A stretch of 64,000 nucleotides of DNA from the human T2T-CHM13v2.0 reference genome, Homo sapiens: the NCBI RefSeq assembly GCF_009914755.1, contig NC_060940.1. The stretch is one strand, 5' to 3'. Below the pieces are notes generated by a model. It saw only the letters and a program-made list of their open reading frames with translations. It did not search any database and was not told the origin of the DNA. Positions 1 to 13,100 of the stretch are shown piece by piece. The position numbers were made by a program, and so were the translations under genes. The stretch's first letter is position 1; each line of letters starts with the position of its first letter.

Positions 1-3000
1 TCGAGTACATTAGATGATTCCATTCGATTCCATTCAATGATGATTCTATTTGTGTCCCTTAGATGATTCCACATGATTCCATTAGATGATGATACTATTT
101 GAGCCCATCCAATGATTCCCTTCAATTCCATTCGATGAGGATTCCATTCGATTCAATTCATTGGTGATTCTATTCAATTCAATTCTTTGATTCCATTCCA
201 TTCCATTCGACAATGATTCCATTCGATTTCTTTCGATGATTCCACTCGATTCCACTTGACATTGATTCCCTTCGATTCCATTCAATGATTCCATTTGATT
301 CCAGTGGATGATGATTGCCATCGATTCCATTCGATCACTCCATTCTATTCCATTTGATGATGATTACATTCGATTCCATTTGACGATTCCATCTGATTCT
401 ATTCGAGGATTCCATTTGATTCCATTCGATGATGATTCCATTCGAGTCCATTCGATGATTTCATTCGAGTACATCCAATGATTCCATTCGAGTCCATTTG
501 ATGATTCCATTTGATTCCATTTCATAATGATTCTACTAGAGTCCATTCAATGACTCCATTGGAGTCCATTCAACACTTCCATTCGACTCCATTTGATGAT
601 TCCATTCGATTCCATTTGATGATTCCATTCGAGTCCATTTAATCATTACAGTCAAGTCCATTTGGTGATTCCACTGGATTTCTTTAGATAATGATACCAT
701 TCAATTACATTTGATGATGATCCCATTCAATTTCATTTGATGATGATTCCATTAGAGTCCATTCGATGATTTCTTTCGAGTCCCTTCATTGATTCCATCC
801 GATTTCATTGGATGATGACTCCATTCGAGTCCATTCGATGATTCCACTCGATTCCATTAGATGATTCCATTGGAGTCCATTTGATTGTTCCATTCGATTC
901 CATTCGATTCCTTTCGAAGATTATTCCATTTGAGTCCATTCGATGATGATTCCATTCCATTCCATTCGATGATTCCGTTTGATTCCATTCGATGAATCCC
1001 TTCGATTCCTTTCTTTGATGATTCCATTCCATTCCATTCAATGATTCCATTCGAATCTATTCCGTGATGATTCCTTTCGATTCCATTCGCTGATGTTTCC
1101 TTTCAATTCCATTCGATGATGATTCCATTTGATTCCATTCATTGAGGATTCCATTTGATTCCATTCAATGATGTTTCCGTTCTATTCCATTCAATGATTG
1201 CATTCAATTCCATTCAATGATTATCCCCTTAGAGTAAACTCAACGATTCCATTCAATACCATTCGATGATGATTCCTTTTGAGTCCATTCAATGATTTCA
1301 TTCAAGTCCATTTGATGATTCCTTTCAATTCCATTCTATGATGATTCCATTCGAGTCCATTCGATGATTCCATTCGATTGCATTCGATGATTCCATTATA
1401 TTCCAGTCAACGATGATTCCATTCGAGTCCATTCGATGATTCCATTAGAGTACATTTAATGATTGCTTTGTTTTCAATTCGAAGATGATTACATTCGATT
1501 CCATTCTATGATACCATTCGATTCCATTCAATGATGATTCCACTCAAATCCATTGGATGATTCCATTCGTGTCCATTCGGTGATTTCATTAGATTCCATT
1601 CGAGGATGATTCCATTCGATTCCATTCGATGATTCCATTCAATTCCATTCGATGATGATTCCATTCCAGTCCATATGATCATTCCATTTGATTTCATTCG
1701 ATGATGATTCCATTCGATTCCATTCGATGATTCCATTCTATTCCATTCGATGATGATTCCATTCGAGTCCATTCGATGATTCCATTCGAGTCCATTTAAT
1801 GATTCCATTGGGTTCAATTCAATGATGATTACATTGGATTCCGTTCTATGATTCCATTCAATTCCGTTCATTGACAATTTGATTCCATTCGATGATGATT
1901 CCATTTGAGTTCATTCGATGATTCTATTCGATTCTCTTCGATGGTGATTCAATTCTATTATATTGGATGATTCCATTCGATTCCATTTGATGTTGATTCA
2001 ATTCGATTCTATTCGATGATGATTCCATTGGATTTCACTTGATGATTCTATTCGATTCCATTCAATGATGATTCACTTCTCGTCCATTGGATGATTCCAT
2101 TTCATTCCATTCGATGATGATTCCATTCGATTCCATTCGATGATTCCATTTGATTCCATGCGACGGTGAGCAATTCGATTCAATTCCATGATGATTCTAT
2201 TTGATTCAATTAGATGATGTTTCCATTCGAATCCATTCCACGATTATTCCATTGGAATCCATTCGGCGATGATTCCATATGAGTCAATTCAATGATGATT
2301 CCATATGGGTCCGTTCGATGATAATTCCATTTGATTTCATTCAATGCTTCTATTCTATTCCAGTCGATGATGATTCCGTTGGAGTCCATACGATGATTCC
2401 ATTTGATTTCATTTGATGATGATTCCATTCGATGATGATTACATTGGATTCCATTCAATGATTCCATTCAATTCCATTCGTTGATGATTCGATTCCATTC
2501 AATGATGATTCCATTTGAGTTCATTCGATGATTCTATTCGATTCCGTTCGATGGGGATTCAATTCTCTTATATTGGATGATTCCACTCGATTCCATTTGA
2601 TGATTATTCCATTGGAGTCCACTTAGTGAATCCTTTAGATTCTACTCGAAGATGATTCCATTCGAGTCCATTCAATGATACCATTCAATTTCATTCGTTG
2701 ATGCTTCCATTCAAGTGCATTCGATGATATCATTCGATTCCATTTGATGATAATTCCATTTGATTCCATGCGATGATTCTATTCGATTCCATTCAATGAT
2801 AATTCCATTCAATTCAGTGATTCCTCTGGACTCCATTTGATGATTATTCCATTCAATGATTCCATTCGATTCTATTCCAAAATGATTCCATTTGAATCCA
2901 TTTGATGATGATTCCATTAGATTCCATTTGATGATTCCATTCGATTCCATTTGACGATGATTCCATTCGATTCCATTTGATGATTCCATTCTATTCTATT

Positions 3001-6000
3001 CGATTATGATTCCATTCGATTCCATTTGATGATGATTGGATTCGATTCCATTTGATGATTTCATTTGATTCCATTCGTTAATGATTTCGATCAACTCCAT
3101 TCGATGATTCCATTTGATTCCATTCGATAATGATTACATCCGAGTCCATTCGATGATTCCATTTGAGCCCGTTCGATAATTCCATTTGAGTCCAATCAAT
3201 GATTCCATTCATTTCCATTCAATGATTCCATTCGAGTCCATTTGATCATTCTGGTAGGGTCCGTTCGATGTTGATTCCATTGGAGTGCATTCGATGATTC
3301 CATTCGAGTCCATTTTATGATTTGATTCGAGTCCTTTCGATGATTCCATTCGATTCCACTCGATGATGATTTCATTCGAGTCCATTCGACACTTCCAATC
3401 GATTCCATTTGATGTTTCCATTCGAGTCCAATTGATGATTCCATTCAATTCCATTCGATGATGATTCCGTACGATTCCATTCTGTGATGATTCCATGTGA
3501 TTGCATTCAATGATGATTCCTTTCAATTGCATTCGATTATGATTCATTTCGTGTTCATTCTATGGTTCCACAGGTTTCCATTCGATGACGTTTCCGTTCG
3601 TGTCCATTCCATTATTCCATTCTATTTCATTTGATGATGATTCCATTCGATTCCATTCATTGGTGATTCCACTCAATTCCATTCAATGATTCCATTCCAT
3701 TTCTTTCAACAATGATTCCATTAGTTTCTATTCGATGATCCACTTGATTCCATTTGGCGATGATTCCATTCGTGTCCATTCGATGATTCCATTTGATTCC
3801 ATATGATGATGATTCCATTCGATTCCATACCATGATGATTCCATTCGAGTCCATTCAATGGTGATTCCATTCAATTCCATTCGATGATTCCTTCCGATTC
3901 CATTCGATGATGATGGCATTCGATTCCTTTCAATCATTCCCTTTGATTCCATTCAAAGGTGATTTCATTCAAGTCCATTCGATAATTGCATTCGATTCCA
4001 TTCTATGATGATTCCATTCGAGTCCATTTGATGATTCCATTCAATTCAAGTCAATGATGATTCCATTCGATTCCACTCGATGATTCCATTGGATTCCATT
4101 CGATGATGATTCCATTCAAATCCATTCGATAATTCAATTCAAGTCCATTCGATGATGATTCCAATCGAATCCATTCAAAGATTCCATTCAATTCCATTCG
4201 ATGATGATTCCCTTAGATTCCATTCGATGATTCCACTTGATTCCATTTACGATGATTCCATTCGATTCCATGTGATGAATCCATTCAATTCTATTCAATG
4301 ATGTTTCCATTTGATTCCATTGGACCATGATTGCCTTTGATTCCATTCAATGATTCCATTCGGTTCCATTTGATGATGATTCCGTTCGATTCCATTTCAT
4401 TATTCCATTTGATTCCATTGGATGAGTCCATTCGATTACATTCGATGATTATTCCATTCGAGTGCATTAGATGATTGCATTCGAGTCCATTCGATGATTC
4501 CATTCGATTCCATTCGATGTTGATTCTGTTCAAATCCATTCGATGATTCCACTCGATTCCATTCGATGACTCCATTTGATCCCATTCGATGATTTCCTGT
4601 GATTCCCTTTGATGATCATTCTATTTGATTCAATTCGGTGATTTCATTTCATTCCATTCAGTGATGTTTCCATTCGACTGTATTCGATGATGATTCCATT
4701 CGACTCCATTCGATTATGATTTCATTCAATTCCATTCAATAATGATTCCCTTCGAGTCCATTCGATGATTCCATTCGATTCCATTCAACGATGATTTGAT
4801 TCGTTTCCATTCGATGATTCCATTTGATTCCACTTGATGATGATTCCATTCGAGTCCATTTGATGATTCCATTCGAGTCTATTTATGTATTATATTCGTG
4901 TCCACTTCATGATTCCATTCAATTCCATTTAATGTTGATTCCATTTGATTCCATTTGATGATTCAGTTCGATTCCTTGCAATGATTCCCTACGATTCCTT
5001 TCTATGATGATTCCATTCGATTCCATTCATTGATGATTTCATTCGACTCCATTCGATGATGATTCCTTTCGATTCCATTTGACGATGTTTCCATTCGAGT
5101 CCATTCGATGATGATTCTATTCAATTCTGTTCTATTATGATTCCATTCGATTTCATTCAATGCTTCTATTTGATTCCATTCGATGATGATTCCATCTCTT
5201 TCCCTTCGATGATTCCATTTGATTCCATTCAGTGATGATTCCATTTGATTCCATCTGATGATGATTTCACTTGATTCCTTTCAATGATGATTCAATTCAA
5301 GTCCATTCGATGATTCCATTGGAGTCCAAACGATCATTCCGTTCGATTCCATTCAATGGTGATTCCATTCATGTCCATTCGATGAATCCATTCAATTCCA
5401 TTCGATGATGACTCCATTCGAGTACATTCGATGATTCCATTTGATTCCATTGGAAGATGATTCCATTCAATTCCATTCGAAGATGATTCCATTCAATTCC
5501 ATTCGATGATGATTCCGTATGAATCCATTCTCTGATTATTCCATTCGATTCCATTCATTGACGATTCCATTCAATTCCATTCAATGATGATTCTCTTCTA
5601 TTCCATTCGATGATTCCGGTCGATTCCATTCGATGATGATTCCATTAGATTCCATTCGATTGTTGCATTCGATTCCCTTCGATGATGATTCCTTTGAATT
5701 CCATTCGATTATCATTCCGTATGAATCCATTTGATGATTATTCCATTGGATTCCTTTCGATGATGATTCCATTCGATTCCATTTGATGATGTTTCTCTTG
5801 TATTCCATTGGATAATTCCTTTCCGTTCCCTTCGATGATTATTCTTTCGAGTCAATTCGATGATTCTATTCCATTCCCTTCGATGATGATTCCATTTCAC
5901 TCCATTTGATGATTCCATTCGACTCAATTTGGTGATGATTCAATTCGATGACATTCGATGACTCCATTCAATTTCATTTGATGATGATTACATTCGAGTC

Positions 6001-9000
6001 CATTTGATGATTGTATTCCTTTCCTTTTGATGATTATTCCATTCGTGTCTATTCAAAGGTTCCATTCTATTCCATTCAATGATGATTGCATTTGATTCCA
6101 TTCAATGATTATGGCTATCGATTCCACTCGTTGATTCCATTTGATTCCGTTCGATGATTATTCCGTTAGATTCCATTAGAAGATTCCATTCGATTTTATT
6201 CAATGATTCCAATGGATTCCATTCAATGATGATTCCATTCGACTCCATTCAGTGATTCCATTCGAGTCCATTTGATGATTCTATTCTTTTCCATTTGATG
6301 ATGATTCCATTAGGGTCCATTCAATGATTCCATTCGAGTCCATTCGTTAATGCCTTTCGAGTCCTTTTGATCACTACATTCGAGTCCATTCAATGATTCT
6401 ATTCGATTCCATTCCATGATGATTCCATTCGAGTTCATTCGATGATTGCATTTGAGTCCATTTGATGATTCCATATGATTCCATTCGACAATGATTCCAT
6501 TCGTGTCCATTTGATGATTCCATTCATTTCCTATCGATGAAGATTCCATTCAAGTGTATTCGATGATTCCATTCAAATCCATTCGATGATGATTCCATTC
6601 CAGTCCATTCGATCATTCCACTTGATTCCATTTGATGACTATTCCATTCAAATCCATTTGATGATTCCATTCGATTCCATTCGATGTTACCATTCGAGTA
6701 TATACGATGATTCCACTCGATTCCATTTGATGATTATTCCATTGGAGTCCACTTAGTGAATCCTTTAGATTCTACTCGAAGATGATTCCATTCGAGTCCA
6801 TTCGATGATACCATTCAATTCCATTCGTTGATGCTTCCATTCAAGTGCATTCGATGATATCATTCGATTCCATTTGATGATAATTCCATTTGATTCCATG
6901 CGATGATTCTATTCGATTCCATTCAATGATAATTCCATTCAATTCAGTGATTCCTCTGGACTCCATTTGATGATGATTCCATTCAATGATTCCATTCGAT
7001 TCTATTCGAAAATGATTCCATTTGAATCCATTTGATGATGATTCCATTGGATTCAATTTGATGATTCCATTCGATTCCATTCGATGATGATTCCATTCGA
7101 TTCCTTTTGATGAATCCATTCTATTGTATTCGATGATGATTCCATTCGATTCCATTCGATGATGATTGGATTCGATTCCATTTGATGATTTCATTTGATT
7201 CCATTCGATAATGATTTCGATCAATTTCATTCGATGATTCCATTCGATTCCATTCGATAATGATTACATCCGAGTCCATTCGATGATTCCATTTGAGCCC
7301 GTTCGATAATTCCATTTGAGTCCAATCAATGATTCCATTCATTTCCATTCAATGATTCCATTCGAGTCCATTTGATCATTCCGGTAGGGTCCGTTCGATG
7401 TTGATTCCATTGGAGTGCATTCGATGATTCCATTCGAGTCCATTTTAGGATTTGATTCGAGTCCTTTCGATGATTCCATTCGATTCCACTCGATGATTTC
7501 ATTCGAGTCCATTCGACACTTCCAATCGATTCCATTTGATGTTTCCATTCGATTCCAATTGATGATTCCATTCAATTCCATTCGATGATGATTCCGTACG
7601 ATTCCATTCTGTGATGATTCCATGTGATTGCATTCAATGATGATTCCTTTCGATTGCATTCGATTATGATTCATTTCGTGTTCATTCTATGGTTCCACAG
7701 GTTTCCATTCGATGATGTTTCCATTCGTGTCCATTCCATTATTCCATTCTATTCCATTTGAAGATGATTCCATTCGATTCCATTCATTGGTGATTCCACT
7801 CAATTCCATTCAATGATTCCATTCCATTTCTTTCAACAATGATTCCATTAGTTTCTATTCGATGATCCACTTGATTCCATTTGACGATGATTCCATTCGT
7901 GTCCATTCGATGATTCCATTTGATTCCATATGATGATGATTCCATTCGATTCCATACGATGATGATTCCATTCGAGTCCATTCAATGGTGATTCCATTCA
8001 ATTCCATTCGATGATTCCTTTCGATTCCATTCAATGATGATGGCATTCGATTCCTTTCGATCATTCCCTTTGATTCCATTCAAAGGTGATTTCATTCAAG
8101 TGCATTCGATAATTGCATTCGATTCCATTCTATGATGATTCCATTCGAGTCCATTTGATGATTCCATTCAATTCAAGTCAATGATGATTCCATTCGATTC
8201 CACTCGATGATTCCATTGGATTCCATTCGATGATGATTCCATTCAAATCCATTCGATAATTCAATTCAAGTCCATTCGATGATGATTCCAATCGAATCCA
8301 TTCAAAGATTCCACTCAATTCCATTCGATGATGATTCCCTTAGATTCCATTCGATGATTCCACTTGATTCCATTTACGATGATTCCATTCGATTCCATGT
8401 GATGATTCCATTCAATTCTATTCAATGATGTTTCCACTTGATTCCATTCGAACATGATTGCCTTTGATTCCATTCAATGATTCCATACGGTTCCATTTGA
8501 TGATGATTCCATTCGAGTGCATTAGATGATTCCATTCGAGTCCATTCGATGATTCCATTCGATTCCATTCGATGTTGATTCTGTTCAAATCCATTCGATG
8601 ATTCCACTCGATTCCATTCGATGACTCCATTTGATCCCATTCGATGATTTCCTTTGATTCCCTTTGATGATCATTCCATTTGATTCAATTCGGTGATTTC
8701 ATTTGATTCCATTCAGTGATGTTTCCATTCAACTCCTTTCGATGATGATTCCATTCGACTCCATTCGATTATGATTTCATTCAATTCCATTCGATAATGA
8801 TTCCCTTCAAGTCCATTCGATGATTCCATTCGATTCCATTCAACGATGATTTGATTCGTGTCCATTCGATGATTCCATTTGATTCCATTTGATGATGATT
8901 CCATTCGAGTCCCTTTCATGATTCCATTCAATTCCATTCTCCGATGATTTCTTTTGAGCCCATTCAATGCTTCCACTCGATTCCATATGATGATGACTCC

Positions 9001-10186
9001 ATTTGATGAAATTCCGTGATGATTCCATTCGCTTGCATTCGATGATGATTCCACTTGAGTCCATTAGAAGATTCTATTCAATTACATTCCATGACGATTC
9101 CGTTCGAGTCCATTTGATGATTCCATTAGACTCCATTCGACGATGATTCCATTCGATGTTATTCGATGATTCCATTCGATCTCATTCGATGATGATTCCA
9201 TTCAACTCCATTCGATGTTTCCATTCGAGTTCATTCTATTATTCCATTAGATTCCATTCGATGATGATTCCATTCGATTCCATTTGATGATTGCATTCTA
9301 TTTCATTTGATGATGATTCCATTCGAGTCCACTCGATGATTCCATTCGAGTCCATTTAATGAATCCATTGGTTTCAATTCTATGATGATTACATTGGATT
9401 ACATTCGTTGATGACTTCATTCGGTTCCATTCAATGATGATTCCATTCAATTCCTTTCAATGTTTCCATTCAATTCCATACGATGATGATTCCATTTGAT
9501 TTGATTCGACAGTGAGCCATTCGATTCAATTCCATGATGATTCTATTTGATTCAATTGGTTGACATTTCCATTCGATTCCATTCGATGATGATTCCCTTT
9601 GATTCCATTCAAAGATGATTCCATTCTAGCCCATTCAATCATTCCATTCGATTCTATTCAATGATGATTCCATTCATGTCGATTTGGTGATTCCATTTGA
9701 CTTCATTTGATGATGATTCCTTTCAAGTTCATTAGATGATTCCATTCGATTCCATTTGATGATGATCCCATTCGAGTCCATTCAGTGATTCCACTCGTTT
9801 CCATTCCATGATGATTCCATTCCATTCCATTCAATGATTCCATTCGATTCCGTTTGATGATGATTTCATTCGAGTCCATTTGATGATTCCATTTGATTCC
9901 ATTCCATGATGATTCCATTCGAGTCCATTCGATGATTCTATTCGAATCCATTTGATGATTTCTTTTGATTATAGTTGGTGATGATTCCTTTGGAGTCCAT
10001 TCAATGATTCCATTCGATTCCAATCGATGGTGATTCCATTAGAGTCCATTTAATGATTCCATTTGATTCCAGTCTCTGATGATTACATTCGAGTCCATAC
10101 GATGATTCCACTCAATTCCATATGATGATGATTCCATTCGATTCCATTCGATGATTCCATTCTATTCTATTCAATGGTGATTCCAT
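1..10186 (+). repeat. Higher-order unit X, copy 1 (10,186 bp)
   Basis: Sequence at 1 recurs at 10187. ORF-track offset is a constant 10186 from 82->10268 through 8713->18899. Confidence 0.95.
2581..8925 (+). repeat. Internal direct repeat of block E (~2.2-2.3 kb) within unit X: ~2581-4870 and ~6711-8925, separated by block D
   Basis: Distinctive k-mers recur at 4127-4130 bp spacing (ggagtccacttagtgaatcc ~2613/~6743; ctatggttccacaggtttcc ~3560/~7687). ORF 2711->6841 and 3657->7784 show the same spacing. The second copy has 72-bp and 3-bp deletions and many substitutions. Confidence 0.9.
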
Positions 10187-13100
10187 TCGAGTACATTAGA
10201 TGATTCCATTCGATTCCATTCAATGATGATTCTATTTGTGTCCCTTAGATGATTCCACATGATTCCATTAGATGATGATACTATTTGAGCCCATCCAATG
10301 ATTCCCTTCAATTCCATTCGATGAGGATTCCATTCGATTCAATTCATTGGTGATTCTATTCAATTCAATTCTTTGATTCCATTCCATTCCATTCGACAAT
10401 GATTCCATTCGATTTCTTTCGATGATTCCACTCGATTCCACTTGACATTGATTCCCTTCGATTCCATTCAATGATTCCATTTGATTCCAGTGGATGATGA
10501 TTGCCATCGATTCCATTCGATCACTCCATTCTATTCCATTTGATGATGATTACATTCGATTCCATTTGACGATTCCATCTGATTCTATTCGAGGATTCCA
10601 TTTGATTCCATTCGATGATGATTCCATTCGAGTCCATTCGATGATTTCATTCGAGTACATCCAATGATTCCATTCGAGTCCATTTGATGATTCCATTTGA
10701 TTCCATTTCATAATGATTCTACTAGAGTCCATTCAATGACTCCATTGGAGTCCATTCAACACTTCCATTCGACTCCATTTGATGATTCCATTCGATTCCA
10801 TTTGATGATTCCATTCGAGTCCATTTAATCATTACAGTCAAGTCCATTTGGTGATTCCACTGGATTTCTTTAGATAATGATACCATTCAATTACATTTGA
10901 TGATGATCCCATTCAATTTCATTTGATGATGATTCCATTAGAGTCCATTCGATGATTTCTTTCGAGTCCCTTCATTGATTCCATCCGATTTCATTGGATG
11001 ATGACTCCATTCGAGTCCATTCGATGATTCCACTCGATTCCATTAGATGATTCCATTGGAGTCCATTTGATTGTTCCATTCGATTCCATTCGATTCCTTT
11101 CGAAGATTATTCCATTTGAGTCCATTCGATGATGATTCCATTCCATTCCATTCGATGATTCCGTTTGATTCCATTCGATGAATCCCTTCGATTCCTTTCT
11201 TTGATGATTCCATTCCATTCCATTCAATGATTCCATTCGAATCTATTCCGTGATGATTCCTTTCGATTCCATTCGCTGATGTTTCCTTTCAATTCCATTC
11301 GATGATGATTCCATTTGATTCCATTCATTGAGGATTCCATTTGATTCCATTCAATGATGTTTCCGTTCTATTCCATTCAATGATTGCATTCAATTCCATT
11401 CAATGATTATCCCCTTAGAGTAAACTCAACGATTCCATTCAATACCATTCGATGATGATTCCTTTTGAGTCCATTCAATGATTTCATTCAAGTCCATTTG
11501 ATGATTCCTTTCAATTCCATTCTATGATGATTCCATTCGAGTCCATTCGATGATTCCATTCGATTGCATTCGATGATTCCATTATATTCCAGTCAACGAT
11601 GATTCCATTCGAGTCCATTCGATGATTCCATTAGAGTACATTTAATGATTGCTTTGTTTTCAATTCGAAGATGATTACATTCGATTCCATTCTATGATAC
11701 CATTCGATTCCATTCAATGATGATTCCACTCAAATCCATTGGATGATTCCATTCGTGTCCATTCGGTGATTTCATTAGATTCCATTCGAGGATGATTCCA
11801 TTCGATTCCATTCGATGATTCCATTCAATTCCATTCGATGATGATTCCATTCCAGTCCATATGATCATTCCATTTGATTTCATTCGATGATGATTCCATT
11901 CGATTCCATTCGATGATTCCATTCTATTCCATTCGATGATGATTCCATTCGAGTCCATTCGATGATTCCATTCGAGTCCATTTAATGATTCCATTGGGTT
12001 CAATTCAATGATGATTACATTGGATTCCGTTCTATGATTCCATTCAATTCCGTTCATTGACAATTTGATTCCATTCGATGATGATTCCATTTGAGTTCAT
12101 TCGATGATTCTATTCGATTCTCTTCGATGGTGATTCAATTCTATTATATTGGATGATTCCATTCGATTCCATTTGATGTTGATTCAATTCGATTCTATTC
12201 GATGATGATTCCATTGGATTTCACTTGATGATTCTATTCGATTCCATTCAATGATGATTCACTTCTCGTCCATTGGATGATTCCATTTCATTCCATTCGA
12301 TGATGATTCCATTCGATTCCATTCGATGATTCCATTTGATTCCATGCGACGGTGAGCAATTCGATTCAATTCCATGATGATTCTATTTGATTCAATTAGA
12401 TGATGTTTCCATTCGAATCCATTCCACGATTATTCCATTGGAATCCATTTGGCGATGATTCCATATGAGTCAATTCAATGATGATTCCATATGGGTCCGT
12501 TCGATGATAATTCCATTTGATTTCATTCAATGCTTCTATTCTATTCCAGTCGATGATGATTCCGTTGGAGTCCATACGATGATTCCATTTGATTTCATTT
12601 GATGATGATTCCATTCGATGATGATTACATTGGATTCCATTCAATGATTCCATTCAATTCCATTCGTTGATGATTCGATTCCATTCAATGATGATTCCAT
12701 TTGAGTTCATTCGATGATTCTATTCGATTCCGTTCGATGGGGATTCAATTCTCTTATATTGGATGATTCCACTCGATTCCATTTGATGATTATTCCATTG
12801 GAGTCCACTTAGTGAATCCTTTAGATTCTACTCGAAGATGATTCCATTCGAGTCCATTCAATGATACCATTCAATTTCATTCGTTGATGCTTCCATTCAA
12901 GTGCATTCGATGATATCATTCGATTCCATTTGATGATAATTCCATTTGATTCCATGCGATGATTCTATTCGATTCCATTCAATGATAATTCCATTCAATT
13001 CAGTGATTCCTCTGGACTCCATTTGATGATTATTCCATTCAATGATTCCATTCGATTCTATTCCAAAATGATTCCATTTGAATCCATTTGATGATGATTC

